DNA of 64,000 bases from an uncultured Enterobacteriaceae bacterium (GCA_964651335.1 CAZYVT010000014.1:365-64364); one strand, 5' to 3'. Positions 28,819 to 38,597 are shown, numbered from the stretch's first letter. Made by a program: numbers and translations. The notes: generated from the sequence alone by a model not told the origin.

Positions 28819-29148
28819 CTATCCCTGCCACACTCCGTAGCCCTTCTCCCGCAGGGCGATCGCCAGCTCTACCTCCATCTCCCTTGCGCCTTCGTAGGGC
28901 ATCGGGTTGTAGACCTCATACAACCCGGGCAGCAGCCGTACTCCATATTTCCTGGCGAACTTGTTCGACTTGATCCCGGCCTTGTGTTTGTCAAAACGCC
29001 GCTCCGGGGACAGGCCGGTCATGCCAACATAGACGCACGGCTTCAGCGGGTCGTAGTCGGAATTGGCTTTGCGGAATCGGGGCTCGTAGAGAACGTCTTT
29101 TGAGAGCTCGATGACGTAAACGGAATAGCGGTGCCTGATCGTGCTCAC
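28819..29148 (-). CDS. GIY-YIG-like small protein
   Basis: YSVYVIEL ... CVYVGMTGLSPERRFDKHK resembles the GIY / YIG strand pair. A GTG start at 29148 overlaps the TGA stop of the upstream GNAT gene (GTGA), suggesting translational coupling. The longer track ORF would overlap the GNAT gene. Confidence 0.55.
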   Translation of the reverse strand: MSTIRHRYSVYVIELSKDVLYEPRFRKANSDYDPLKPCVYVGMTGLSPERRFDKHKAGIKSNKFARKYGVRLLPGLYEVYNPMPYEGAREMEVELAIALREKGYGVWQG

Positions 29149-29630
29149 TTCGGCGTGTAGAAGCGAATGCCCGGCTTGAGTTCTTCGAACAGGAGGTAGG
29201 GCGTTTCCGCCATGCCGGCCGCGCGGTAGGTGGCCTGGGCGCGGTGATTGTCGCGCTCGACGTAGAGCCGGAAGCCGCAGACAGCCGGGTCCTGGGAGGC
29301 AAGTTCCTGCAGGTATCGGTAAAGACGCCTGTAGACGCCCCGGCGGCGGAATTCGGGGCGCACATAGACGCTCTGAATCCACCAGAAATTGCCGTTTCGC
29401 CAGTCGCTCCATTCGGTGGTGATCATCAGCGAGCCAGCGACTTCGGCGCCCGCCTCGGCGATCACGTAGAACCCGGAACCTGGATGGTTCAGCAGGTGGC
29501 GCACCCCCGCAGTCAGCACCTCGGAAAAAAGCTCCTTGCGCTCGGTTTCGAGCGCAAGGGCCGAGTTGAACCGGATCAATGTCTGCGCATCCTCCCGGGT
29601 CGCTAGGCGAATCCGTATCGGGTCCGTCAT
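29145..29630 (-). CDS. GNAT-family N-acetyltransferase
   Basis: 161 aa. The acetyl-CoA binding motif context is IQSVYVRPEFRRRGVYRRLY (Q/RxxGxG/A-like). Confidence 0.8.
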   Translation of the reverse strand: MTDPIRIRLATREDAQTLIRFNSALALETERKELFSEVLTAGVRHLLNHPGSGFYVIAEAGAEVAGSLMITTEWSDWRNGNFWWIQSVYVRPEFRRRGVYRRLYRYLQELASQDPAVCGFRLYVERDNHRAQATYRAAGMAETPYLLFEELKPGIRFYTPK

Positions 29631-29651
29631 CGGAGTGGGCAGTCTTTCGCG

Positions 29652-30776
29652 TCAGGATTTCAATGCGCGGTAGAGGAACGGCAGGCTGAAGTTCATCCTG
29701 TAATCGACGTCCGAGTGATCATCGTCGAACTCCTCGTAGCGATGGCGAATGCCGGCTTCGGCAAGCCGCTTCGACAGGATGCGGCTGCCATAGTGGATAT
29801 GGAACTGGTCGCGCCAGCCGCAATCGATGTAGATGCCTCGCAAAGCCTTGAGATTGGACCGGTATCGATGGACCAGATGAACCGGATCGTTCTGGCGCCA
29901 TCTGTTCCATCTTTGCGCCATGACCTCACCGGTCTCCAGATTGAACGGGACGCGAAAGCCAAGCGGCGCCCGGGGGTCCGGATCGTAGCTCGCGGCCATG
30001 CAGAGGTTCATGATGCAGTGGCCTTCCTCCGTCGAGAGCTTCTCCTTCTTCCACACATGGGTGAGAAAGCGCTTGATCCTGCCGTCGTCGAATCCTGCGT
30101 TCGCGCCCCTGTAGCGCGATTCCCTGCGCACGTCGACGATTCCCGGTTTGCGCTTGGACAGGCGGTGCTTTGCGAGCGTGTTCAGCGTGTTCGGCCAGTC
30201 ATGCCAATAGACAAAGTCGAAATACGCGTCGCCCGAATGATTGGCGATCGCGCCCCAGACCTTCGCGTACTTCATGCCGTGAATCATGGCGCCGTAGCCG
30301 CCCGAGGACTTGCCGAAGCAGCCGCGATGCTCGCGGCCAGGGAGCGTGCGGAACTCGCGCTCGACGAAGGGGACGAGTTCCTGCGTCAGGTAGTCAGCGT
30401 AGTTCCCGATTGCCGATGAGTTGACGTACTGGTTGCCGCCGAGCGCAGTGAAACAGTCCGGAAAGACGATCATCGCCGGACCCATCTCGTGCTCGTGGAT
30501 GAGCCGCGCGGCGCGCTCGGGCACGTTGTCGCCGAAGGGCTTCCAGTTCGCATGTGCGAGCCCGGACCCGGTGAAACCGACAAGATCGAACAGCACCGGG
30601 AAGCGCCGGCCCGGACCACCGCGTTTACGGGAGCTCCCGTCGTCATACTGCGGCGGCAGCCATACGCCGAGCTTGCGCACGTGGGGGTCGCCCAGCGGGT
30701 TGCTCCTGAGGATGTTTGAGGTGTGTTCCAGCACGACGAGCGTGCCGGCCGCGCCTTTGGGACGTTTGAGTGTCAT
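29652..30776 (-). CDS. Alpha/beta-hydrolase esterase (PF00756 putative esterase / enterochelin-esterase-like)
   Basis: Nucleophile elbow GKSSGGYGA, with FPVLFDLVGFTGSG upstream. Start at MTLKRPKG (30776). The track ORF extended upstream through the palindrome is rejected. Confidence 0.75.
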   Translation of the reverse strand: MTLKRPKGAAGTLVVLEHTSNILRSNPLGDPHVRKLGVWLPPQYDDGSSRKRGGPGRRFPVLFDLVGFTGSGLAHANWKPFGDNVPERAARLIHEHEMGPAMIVFPDCFTALGGNQYVNSSAIGNYADYLTQELVPFVEREFRTLPGREHRGCFGKSSGGYGAMIHGMKYAKVWGAIANHSGDAYFDFVYWHDWPNTLNTLAKHRLSKRKPGIVDVRRESRYRGANAGFDDGRIKRFLTHVWKKEKLSTEEGHCIMNLCMAASYDPDPRAPLGFRVPFNLETGEVMAQRWNRWRQNDPVHLVHRYRSNLKALRGIYIDCGWRDQFHIHYGSRILSKRLAEAGIRHRYEEFDDDHSDVDYRMNFSLPFLYRALKS

Positions 30777-30849
30777 GGTTCTCTTCGATCGAATTCGCCA
30801 TACAACGGCGTGTTCCTGGCTTCTTCCCGGATGAATCGCGTCATTGGGC

Positions 30850-30901
30850 AAAATGGGGTCAGAGTAAGATTTCCTCGGAAATCTTACTCTGACCCCATTT
30901 T
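30850..30901. repeat. Near-perfect 52-bp palindrome (25-bp arms, 2-nt centre) in a divergent intergenic region
   Basis: aaaatggggtcagagtaagatttcc tc ggaaatcttactctgaccccatttt. Arms are 30850-30874 and 30877-30901. It is clearly more AT-rich than its surroundings and ends 2 nt before the GTG at 30904. Confidence 0.95.
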
Positions 30902-30903
30902 CC

Positions 30904-33228
30904 GTGACCGCTCCCGGCATCCAGTTCGATCCCAACTCCGCGCGCTTCGGCGCTTCACGCTCGCAAAAGCGCATCGAGGATGACCGGCTGCTGACCGGCA
31001 AGGGCCTATACAGCGACGACCGCGTATTTCCGCGCCAGGCGTGGCTTGTGCTGGTGCGTTCGCCGCACGCGCACGCGCGGATCGTCTCCGTGGATCTCCC
31101 GCCGGCGCGCGCCGCGCCGGGCGTTCTCGCGGCCTGGTCCATGGACGACCTGAGAAAGGATGGCGTCGGACACATCCCCTTTCCGCCGCTGTTTCAGCGC
31201 GCGGACGGTTCTCCGATGGCCGCGCCGCCCCGCACGCCGCTCGCGGAAGGGAAGGTCTACTACGTCGGCCAGCCGGTCGCAGCGATTGTCGCCGAGACGC
31301 GCGAGCAGGCGCAGGACGCTGCAGAACTCGCGATGGTCGAATATGAGGATTTGCCGTGCGTGACGGACGTGCGGCAAGCGGTCGAAACGGACGCGCCGCA
31401 GCTCTGGGCCGCGGCGGCGGGCAACGTGTCCGCGGAAGCACGGATCGGAAACGCGAAGGCGGTGGAGGAGGCGTTCGCGCGTGCAGCGCACGTCGCAAGC
31501 CTTGCGCTCTGCAATCAGCGGTTGAACGCGATGGCGATCGAGCCGCGTTGCTCGATCGGCGTTTACGAGAACGGCCGCTGGAGGCTCTACACACAGAACC
31601 AGACTCCGACCGGCGCGCGCCAGCTCCTTGGCGAGGCGTTCGCGCGGAAACCCGAGGCCTTCCGCGTCATCGTGGGCGATCTGGGCGGTGGGTTCGGCAT
31701 GAAGACGGGGCTTGCCAACGAGGATGCGCTCGTCTGCTACGCGGCGCGCAAGCTCGGCCGGCCGGTGAAGTGGCGCGCCGAGCGCAGCGAGGACTTTCTC
31801 GCCGCGCACATGGGCCGCGACCAGCACTACGACGCGCAGCTCGCGCTGGATCGCGATGGGCGGATCCTTGCGCTGCGGGTGAAAATGCTGGCGAATTTCG
31901 GCGCCGTGCCGATCGGTTCGACGGCCATCATTCCGCTGTTTCTCGAGCCCAAGGTGCAGACCACCGTGTATCACGTGCCTGCAGTCGATTACCACGTGCG
32001 CGGCGTCCTCACCAACACGATGGCAACCGGCGCCTACCGCGGCGCGGGACGCCCCGAGGCCAATTACCTGATGGAGCGCCTCATCGAGCAGGCGGGGCGC
32101 GAAATGAAGCTCGACTGCGCAGAGATCCGGCGCCGCAACTTCATCCGGCCGGAACAGTTTCCATATCGCACACATATGGATGACTGGTACGACGCGGGGG
32201 AGTTCGCGCGCATGCTCGAGCGGGCGCTGCAGGAATCCGACTGGGCCGGTTTTCCGGCGCGGCGCGAGGAGGCGAAGCGCAGAGGACGCCTGCGCGGGCG
32301 CGGACTTTCCGTTTACCTGGAATGGACCGGTGCGTTTCCCACCGAGACGGTCGATATTCAGGTCGCGGCGGACGGCACCGTGACCGTGTTCACCGGCACT
32401 CAGGCGATGGGCCAGGGGCTGGAGACGACCTACACGCAGCTTGTCACCGAAGTGTTGCAGATCCAGGCGCGAGAGGTGCGCGTGGTGCAGGGTGACACCG
32501 ATGCGGCGACCGGCGTCGGCAGCGTCGGGTCGCGCTCCGCCTTCGTCGGCGGCTCGGCCGCGGTCGCGGCCGGGCGGCGCGTGATCCTGCGCGGCAAGGA
32601 GCTTGCGGCAGATGCGCTCGAGGCAGCGCCGGGCGATATCGAGTACCGTGACGGGCGCTTTGCGATCGCCGGTACCGACCGCTCGATGACGCTTGCCGAG
32701 GCCGCGGCACGCGAGCCGCGTCAATTCATTCGTGTCTCCGCGACCGAGACGCCGTCGGCGCCTTCGTGGCCGAACGGCGCGCAGGTGTGCGAGGTCGAGA
32801 TCGATCCCGATACCGGCGAAGTCGAGCTCGCGGCGATCACGAGCGTGGACGACATCGGACGCATCATCAACCACATGATCGCAGAAGGGCAGATCCACGG
32901 CGGCATCGCGCAAGGCGTCGGGCAGGCGCTCTGGGAGCAGGCGGTGTACGACCCGCAAAGCGGTCAGCTTCTCACGGGTTCGCTCATGGATTATTGCGTG
33001 CCGCGCGCCGACCAGTTTCCGCCGATGAAGAACGCCTTCGACGAGAGCGTGCCGTGCAAGACCAACCTGCTGGGCGTCAAGGGGTGCGGCGAAATCGGCA
33101 CGATCGGAGCGGTGCCCGCGGCGGTACACGCAGTGCTCGATGCGCTTGCCGAGCGCGGGATCGCGCACCTCGAAATGCCGCTGACGGCGGAAAAGATCTG
33201 GCGCGCGCTGCACGATTCCGGCGGGTGA
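30904..33228 (+). CDS. Xanthine dehydrogenase / aldehyde oxidase family molybdopterin-binding large subunit (CoxL form-II-like)
   Basis: [17 protein letters not shown] at the N-terminus, [39 protein letters not shown]. 774 aa. The antisense ORF 31006..33213 is rejected. Confidence 0.85.
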   Translation: MTAPGIQFDPNSARFGASRSQKRIEDDRLLTGKGLYSDDRVFPRQAWLVLVRSPHAHARIVSVDLPPARAAPGVLAAWSMDDLRKDGVGHIPFPPLFQRADGSPMAAPPRTPLAEGKVYYVGQPVAAIVAETREQAQDAAELAMVEYEDLPCVTDVRQAVETDAPQLWAAAAGNVSAEARIGNAKAVEEAFARAAHVASLALCNQRLNAMAIEPRCSIGVYENGRWRLYTQNQTPTGARQLLGEAFARKPEAFRVIVGDLGGGFGMKTGLANEDALVCYAARKLGRPVKWRAERSEDFLAAHMGRDQHYDAQLALDRDGRILALRVKMLANFGAVPIGSTAIIPLFLEPKVQTTVYHVPAVDYHVRGVLTNTMATGAYRGAGRPEANYLMERLIEQAGREMKLDCAEIRRRNFIRPEQFPYRTHMDDWYDAGEFARMLERALQESDWAGFPARREEAKRRGRLRGRGLSVYLEWTGAFPTETVDIQVAADGTVTVFTGTQAMGQGLETTYTQLVTEVLQIQAREVRVVQGDTDAATGVGSVGSRSAFVGGSAAVAAGRRVILRGKELAADALEAAPGDIEYRDGRFAIAGTDRSMTLAEAAAREPRQFIRVSATETPSAPSWPNGAQVCEVEIDPDTGEVELAAITSVDDIGRIINHMIAEGQIHGGIAQGVGQALWEQAVYDPQSGQLLTGSLMDYCVPRADQFPPMKNAFDESVPCKTNLLGVKGCGEIGTIGAVPAAVHAVLDALAERGIAHLEMPLTAEKIWRALHDSGG

Positions 33229-33251
33229 GTGCGGTGCTATAGTTTTCCACG

Positions 33252-34019
33252 ATGATGGTGCCTGGCGGAGCGATGCGCTTCAACGAGGACGGAAACCGCG
33301 CGATCGGCATAGCGCTACTCCTCTCGATTGCGCTGCATGGGCTGCTGCTCTTTGCGTTGGCGGGCCTGCGTGAAGCGCAGCAGAGCCGGAGCCTTGCCCG
33401 CGAGCCGATCGCCGCGCGTCTGTTGCGGCCGCGAATCGAGCCGGTGACGCCTTCCGTTCCGCAATTGGCGCCTCAGGAACCGCGAAAACCTGTTCGTCCA
33501 CCGGAACCAAAACCGGCACCGAAGGCAGGTCATGCTGCTGAACCGGCACCAACCCAGCCGCCCCAAACGGCGAGCGCGGAGTCCGCAGCGCCGGTAATCG
33601 CGATGGCTCCTGCGGTTTCGGCCCCACCGGCGTCGCCCGCGGCCGCCGTCGCGCCCGCACCGGTCGCACGAGCGGAGACCGGGCCTGCGGCTTCCGCTTC
33701 TAATGCATTGGACGCAGGCACGCTGGCGCAATACCGCCTCGCAATCATCAGCGCGGCGAAACTCTACAAACGCTACCCGCGTGCGGCCCTGGACAACAAC
33801 TGGCAGGGAAAGGTCGAGATCCGCATGGCAATCGGCGCGAACGGTGCGATAGCGGGGCTGAGCGTGCGCACTAGCGCGGGGCATGCGGTGCTCGATCAGC
33901 AGGCTCTCGAAATGATCGAACGGGCGAAGGCGATGTCGCCGATCCCCCCGGCGCTGCGCGGCCGGGAGTTTGTGGTGGATATTCCGGTGATCTTCAGCTT
34001 GAGGGAGCCGGATGCGTAG
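33252..34019 (+). CDS. TonB-family energy transducer
   Basis: N-terminal TM (IGIALLLSIALHGLLLFAL), a Pro-rich spacer (PQEPRKPVRPPEPKPAPK), and the C-terminal TonB domain YPRAALDNNWQGKVEIRMAIGANG...SAGHAVLDQQALEMI. Confidence 0.8.
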   Translation: MMVPGGAMRFNEDGNRAIGIALLLSIALHGLLLFALAGLREAQQSRSLAREPIAARLLRPRIEPVTPSVPQLAPQEPRKPVRPPEPKPAPKAGHAAEPAPTQPPQTASAESAAPVIAMAPAVSAPPASPAAAVAPAPVARAETGPAASASNALDAGTLAQYRLAIISAAKLYKRYPRAALDNNWQGKVEIRMAIGANGAIAGLSVRTSAGHAVLDQQALEMIERAKAMSPIPPALRGREFVVDIPVIFSLREPDA

Positions 34020-34605
34020 ACGCGTGCACGCCGACACGCGCAGGCGCGTGTACACTGGAACGATGGATCGGGACGCGATACGGGCCTTCGTCGCGCGAGA
34101 CCGCGACCGCGTCGCCGCGCTCAAGCGAGACCATCACGCCAAGCGGTACCGGATGTCTCGCGGGAAATCGGGACTCGAAGCCGCGCGGGCGCTGCGGGAG
34201 CACGCGCGCAAGATCCGCCCCGACTGGCCGACCGCGCGAGACCGCGACGAGGATTTCGCGCACCACGTGGCGCTGAAGCGACGAATCGATCGCGCAGCGC
34301 ATGCGTTCGCCGCTCGCTGAGGCGCTCGGGGCGCTCGCCCGGGTGCTCGCGTCGCGGTGAACGCTCTTCACGTCGCGCCCGAGCGCGCGCGCAAGCCCCC
34401 GCAGGCTCATCGGCCCGAGCGCCTGTAACTGCTCGATGACCGTCCAGCGCACCGGCGTCAATACCCGAAACAGCGCCGCAGGCGACTGAAAGCTGCGGAA
34501 TTCTCCCTGGTACCGGCCCGTTTTCATCGCTCGGACGAAGCCCGCTTTCATGCGTGCCGCCGCGGCCCGCTCGTTGCGCTCGATCAGGATCGTCATCGTT
34601 CTCAT
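33994..34605 (-). CDS. Winged-helix DNA-binding protein (COG4190-like antitoxin-type regulator), C-terminal part aberrant or possibly degenerate
   Basis: The first ~85 aa (ILIERNERAAAARMKAGF...FQSPAALFRVLTPVRWTVIEQLQALGPMSLRGLARALGRDVKSVHRD) fit this family. After VHRD the sequence loses all resemblance and runs on to 33994. The ATG overlaps the TGA of the ABC ATPase gene (ATGA at 34602-34605). Confidence 0.4.
   Translation of the reverse strand: MRTMTILIERNERAAAARMKAGFVRAMKTGRYQGEFRSFQSPAALFRVLTPVRWTVIEQLQALGPMSLRGLARALGRDVKSVHRDASTRASAPSASASGERMRCAIDSSLQRHVVREILVAVSRGRPVGADLARVLPQRPRGFESRFPARHPVPLGVMVSLERGDAVAVSRDEGPYRVPIHRSSVHAPARVGVHASTHPAPSS
34063..34320 (+). CDS. Hypothetical small helical protein (85 aa, MDRDAIRAFVARDRDRVAALKRDHH...)
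   Basis: High GC3 and a charged helical composition that looks protein-like. It lies entirely antisense, in codon register, to the 3' part of ORF 33994..34605, so only one of the two is likely to be real there. Confidence 0.35.
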   Translation: MDRDAIRAFVARDRDRVAALKRDHHAKRYRMSRGKSGLEAARALREHARKIRPDWPTARDRDEDFAHHVALKRRIDRAAHAFAAR

Positions 34606-35708
34606 GGTGTCCTTGCTTCCTCAATGTCTGACCCCGCGAGTGGCGCGAAAGCGATGACGTGATCGACATCCAGCCGGATGCCGATGTTCTCGCCGAGCGC
34701 ATGGTTGTGATGACTCGGCACCAGTGCGAGCACCTTGCGGCCGCTTTCGAGCTTGAGCGTGTAGAGAATCTCGGCGCCGCGAAACGCCTTGTGCACCACT
34801 TCGGCCTGCATCGGTGAAGCGTCGTCATGCACCACGTCATCCGGCCGCAGCAGGATCTCGGCGGAGCAGCCGCGTCCGCAGACATCGCAGCCGATCCTGC
34901 AGTCGTGCGGAATGTCGCCCTCGAGCACGCCGAGCTCGATTTCGACCTGGCGTGGATTGAGAACCTTTGCCGGCAGGAACACGCCCTGGCCGACGAAGTC
35001 GGCGACAAACCGGTTTACCGGCTTGTGGTACAGGTTGTACGCGGAGTCCCATTGCTGAATCCGCCCCTGGTGCAGGATCCCGACTTCGTCTGCGATCGCG
35101 AACGCCTCGTGCTGGTTGTGCGTCACCAGCACGGCGGTGGCACCCGACGCCTTGATGATGTCGCGCAGCTCGAGCGACAGGCGCTCGCGCAGGTCCACGT
35201 CGAGGTTCGAGAACGGCTCGTCGAGCAGGATCAACTCCGGCCGCGGCGCGAGCGCTCGTGCGAGCGCGGTGCGCTGCTGCTGGCCGCCGGAGAGTTCGTG
35301 CGGATACCGGTCGAGCGAGCCGGCGATGCCGACGAGTTCGGCGAGCTCGGCAACGCGCGACTCCGCCTCCCGCTTTGGCATGCCGCGCAGACCGAAGCGC
35401 AGGTTGTCGCCAATGTCGAGGTGCGGAAACAGTGCGTAGTCCTGGAACACCATGCCGGTGCGTCGCTGCTCGGGGGCGAGCTGAAAGTCCGGGCGTGTCA
35501 CCACGGCGCCGTCAATCAGGATCTCTCCGGCAGTCACCGGTTCGAACCCGGCGATGCCGCGCAGGAGCGTGGTTTTGCCGCAGCCGCTCGGGCCAAGAAT
35601 GCAGCCGATGCTGCCGCGCTCCAGCTCGAACGAAACGTCGCGCACGACAACGTGCTCGCCGTAGGCCTGCTCGACTCTGCGCAGCTCCAGTACGGGCCGC
35701 TCAGCCAT
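34602..35708 (-). CDS. ABC transporter ATP-binding protein (Fe3+/polyamine importer type, FbpC/PotA-like)
   Basis: Walker [10 protein letters not shown], signature LSGGQQQR, Walker B LILLDEP, plus a C-terminal TOBE-like regulatory domain. Confidence 0.9.
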   Translation of the reverse strand: MAERPVLELRRVEQAYGEHVVVRDVSFELERGSIGCILGPSGCGKTTLLRGIAGFEPVTAGEILIDGAVVTRPDFQLAPEQRRTGMVFQDYALFPHLDIGDNLRFGLRGMPKREAESRVAELAELVGIAGSLDRYPHELSGGQQQRTALARALAPRPELILLDEPFSNLDVDLRERLSLELRDIIKASGATAVLVTHNQHEAFAIADEVGILHQGRIQQWDSAYNLYHKPVNRFVADFVGQGVFLPAKVLNPRQVEIELGVLEGDIPHDCRIGCDVCGRGCSAEILLRPDDVVHDDASPMQAEVVHKAFRGAEILYTLKLESGRKVLALVPSHHNHALGENIGIRLDVDHVIAFAPLAGSDIEEARTP

Positions 35709-35748
35709 GGGTCCGTGATCTCATGCCAGTTTGCTCAATCTGCCCCAA

Positions 35749-35767
35749 GATGATAACAGTTCTTATT
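35749..35767. promoter_or_regulatory. Candidate Fur box in the fbpC/permease divergent region
   Basis: gatgataacagttcttatt matches GATAATGATAATCATTATC at 12 of 19 positions by my hand alignment. It sits 5 nt upstream of a TTGAAG-17-TAGGAT promoter-like pair (35772-35800), in iron-transporter context. Confidence 0.35.
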
Positions 35768-35823
35768 TGCCTTGAAGTTGGCCAGCGTGCCTGCTAGGAT
35801 TTGTTGAATTTTCAAAGAGTTTT

Positions 35824-37476
35824 GTGATTTCCGAGACTTCGGTCGCTGTCCGGCGCGTGCCGTCACCCGGCTTTCCGTGGCTCCGTGCCAGCTCGGCGCT
35901 GGTTGCCACGCTGGTCTTCCTGCCTGTCGTCGTCGTGATCCTCAATCTGTTGGTCCCCCGTGCCGAAACATGGCGGCATCTGGCGAGCACCGTGCTTCCG
36001 GACTACGTCGCGAACACGCTGATCCTCGCGCTCCTCGTGGGTGTGGGCGTGATCGTGGTCGGAGTCGGCTGCGCCTGGCTCACGACCATGTGCAGCTTTC
36101 CGATGGCGAGGTATTTCGAGTGGGCGCTGCTGCTGCCGCTCGCGACCCCGGCCTACGTGATGGCATACGTGTACACCGATTTCCTGCAGTTCGCCGGGCC
36201 GCTGCAAGGTGCATTGCGCGCGGCGGCCGGCTGGCGGGCGGGGGAGTACTGGTTTCCTGACGTGCGCTCGCTCGGCGGCGCCGCATTCGTGCTGACCTTC
36301 GTGCTCTATCCATACGTGTACCTGCTCGCGCGGGCCGCGTTCCTCGAACAGTCTTCCTCGGCGCTGGAAACCGCGCGCATGCTGGGCCACGGACCGTGGC
36401 GGAGCTTCTTTCGCATCGCACTGCCGCTCGCGCGTCCCGGCATTACCGCCGGCACCGCGCTCTGCCTCATGGAAACGCTGGCCGACTACGGCGCCGTTGC
36501 GTACTTCGGAGTGGACACTTTTTCCACGGGGATCTTTCGCGCATGGTTTTCCCTGGCCGATCCGGTCGCCGCGGCGCAACTCGGAGCGCTCCTTCTCGCG
36601 GGCGTCGCCGCGGTGCTCGCGCTCGAACGCCTGGCGCGCGGGAGGGCGGCGTTTCATTCCGCAGGACGCAGGCGCGCAACGCCTTATTCGCTGGGCGGTG
36701 CGCGTTCGATCGGCGCGTGGTTCGCCTGTGCAGTACCGCTCGCCACCGGCTTCGCGGCGCCGGCCGTGCTGCTCGTCCGCCTTGCCTTGCAGGAAGAGAG
36801 CGCCGCGGTCGGTGCGCGGTTCGCCCGCCTGGCGTGGAACAGCTTTGCGCTTGCAGGATTTGCCGCGCTGCTCGCAGTGGCGTGCGCGATGGTCATCGCC
36901 TACGCTTTGCGACTCCACCCCGGGGTCATCGAGCGAGCCGCGGACCGCATCGCGGGCCTCGGTTATGCAATGCCGGGCGTGGTGATCGCGGTGGGCGTAA
37001 TGGTGCCGCTGACGCGTGTCGACGAATGGCTCGCGGGATTGCTGCAGATAGCGACGGGTACGCCGGCAAAACTGGTGCTGTCCGGTACCGTGCTGGCCCT
37101 GCTCTATGCCTATGTAGTGCGCTTCCTTGCGGTCGCGCTGCAGACCGTGGAGGCGGGTCTGGCGAAGATCCGGCGCAGCATGGACGAGGCCGCGCGCAGC
37201 CTGGGCGCGGGGCCTGCGGCGACGCTCGCCCGCGTACATGCGCCGCTCCTCGGGCGAAGCCTGAGCGCAGCGGTGCTGCTCGTGTTCGTGGACGTGATGA
37301 AGGAACTTCCCGCCACGCTCGCGCTGCGGCCGTTCGACTTCGACACCCTTGCAGTCCAGACCTTCAATCTGGCGACGGACGAGCGCTTGGCCGAGGCCTC
37401 GATTCCGGCGCTTGCGATCGTTGCCGTCGGCCTGATTCCGGTCTACCTGCTCGCGCGCTCGATGGCGCGCCGGTAG
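35824..37476 (+). CDS. Iron(III) ABC transporter permease (two fused BPD_transp_1 domains, FbpB/HitB-like)
   Basis: 550 aa with about 12 TM segments and two EAA-like loops (ETARMLGHGPWRSFFRIALPLARP and EAARSLGAGPAATLARVHAPLL). The 782-aa antisense ORF 35863..38211 is rejected. Confidence 0.85.
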   Translation: MISETSVAVRRVPSPGFPWLRASSALVATLVFLPVVVVILNLLVPRAETWRHLASTVLPDYVANTLILALLVGVGVIVVGVGCAWLTTMCSFPMARYFEWALLLPLATPAYVMAYVYTDFLQFAGPLQGALRAAAGWRAGEYWFPDVRSLGGAAFVLTFVLYPYVYLLARAAFLEQSSSALETARMLGHGPWRSFFRIALPLARPGITAGTALCLMETLADYGAVAYFGVDTFSTGIFRAWFSLADPVAAAQLGALLLAGVAAVLALERLARGRAAFHSAGRRRATPYSLGGARSIGAWFACAVPLATGFAAPAVLLVRLALQEESAAVGARFARLAWNSFALAGFAALLAVACAMVIAYALRLHPGVIERAADRIAGLGYAMPGVVIAVGVMVPLTRVDEWLAGLLQIATGTPAKLVLSGTVLALLYAYVVRFLAVALQTVEAGLAKIRRSMDEAARSLGAGPAATLARVHAPLLGRSLSAAVLLVFVDVMKELPATLALRPFDFDTLAVQTFNLATDERLAEASIPALAIVAVGLIPVYLLARSMARR

Positions 37477-37491
37477 GGATTCCGGGCCGGT

Positions 37492-37515
37492 CGGGCGCGC
37501 CGAGCGCCGCGCCCG
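37492..37515. terminator. GC-rich hairpin between convergent permease and binding-protein genes (possible bidirectional terminator)
   Basis: cgggcgcg-ccgagcgc-cgcgcccg: an 8-bp stem with an 8-nt loop. No clear U-tract on either side. Confidence 0.25.
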
Positions 37516-37538
37516 GTTCGCCTCGCGGGTCGTCGGTC

Positions 37539-38567
37539 TTACCTCCACCCGGCACGGTCGTAGGCCTTCTGCGCCGCCGGCTGGTGGGTGCCCAGCGCGC
37601 TCACGTTGAGCGTGTCGGGCTTGAAGGTGCCGAGCGCCGAGAGCGCCGGATTGTCGGTCTTCACCGCCGCGACGGCCGGGTATTCGTTGTTGCCGTCTGC
37701 GAAATAGCGCTGCGCCTCGTCGCTTGCGAGGTATTCGAGGAACCTGATCGCCTCTTCGCTGTGCGGTGCGTTCTTGAGCACTCCCGCGCCGGAGATGTTC
37801 ACGTGCGTCCCCCGCCCGTCCTGGTTCGGCCAGGCGACGCCCGTCTTCGCCACCGCATCGCGTTCGTCCGGTTTCTGCGATCTCGCGAGGCGCGTGTAGT
37901 AGTAGGTGTTTACGATCGTCAGCGCGCACTCCCCGGAGGCGACCGCCTTGATCTGGTCGATATCTCCGCCCTTCGGCGCACGCGCGAAGTTCGCCACTAC
38001 CGCGCGCGCCCACTCCTCGGCCTTCTGTTCGCCGTGGTGCGCGATGAGCGCGCTCATCAGCGACAGGTTGTAGACGCTCGAGCTTGAGCGCATGCACACC
38101 TTCCCTTTCCACTTCGGGTCGGCCAGATCCTCGTACGCGCGCACGAGACCCGGCTTGACGGCCTCCTTGGCGTAGACGATCACGCGCGCACGGGTGGAAA
38201 AGCCGAACCACAGTCCGCCCGGGTGGCGAAGGTGCGCCGGAATGCGCGCCTCGAGCGAGGGGGACTTGACCGGCTGGAAAAGCCCCATTTGCTCGGCGCG
38301 CCAGAGCCGGCCGGCATCTACGGTAACGAGCACGTCTGCGGGGCTTGCTGCACCCTCGTTGCGCAGCCGCTCGATCAGCGCGTCTTCCGGAGCCTCGATG
38401 CGGTTGATCCGGACTCCGGTCTGGCGAGTGAAATTCGCGTAAAGCGCCTCGTCAGTCTGATAGTGCCTAGAAGAATAGAGATTCAGAGATTTTTCCTGCC
38501 CGGAGGCGGATGTCAAAACGCCCCAAAGTACGAGGAGTACTGAGATTTGTCTTAAAGAAACAATCAC
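37539..38567 (-). CDS. Fe(3+) ABC transporter periplasmic substrate-binding protein (FbpA/AfuA-like)
   Basis: Signal peptide MIVSLRQISVLLVLWGVLTSASG, then LNLYSSRHYQTDEALYANFTRQTGVRINRIEA, typical of ferric-binding proteins. GTG start. Confidence 0.85.
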   Translation of the reverse strand: MIVSLRQISVLLVLWGVLTSASGQEKSLNLYSSRHYQTDEALYANFTRQTGVRINRIEAPEDALIERLRNEGAASPADVLVTVDAGRLWRAEQMGLFQPVKSPSLEARIPAHLRHPGGLWFGFSTRARVIVYAKEAVKPGLVRAYEDLADPKWKGKVCMRSSSSVYNLSLMSALIAHHGEQKAEEWARAVVANFARAPKGGDIDQIKAVASGECALTIVNTYYYTRLARSQKPDERDAVAKTGVAWPNQDGRGTHVNISGAGVLKNAPHSEEAIRFLEYLASDEAQRYFADGNNEYPAVAAVKTDNPALSALGTFKPDTLNVSALGTHQPAAQKAYDRAGWR

Positions 38568-38597
38568 TTGAGTTCTATGCGGGACGTGTTCTCAAAG

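Noticed and set aside
35863-38211. 782-aa minus-strand ORF across the permease and part of the binding-protein gene
   Set aside because: It is antisense to the 12-TM permease, extremely Arg/Gly-rich, and runs out of frame into the fbpA-like gene.
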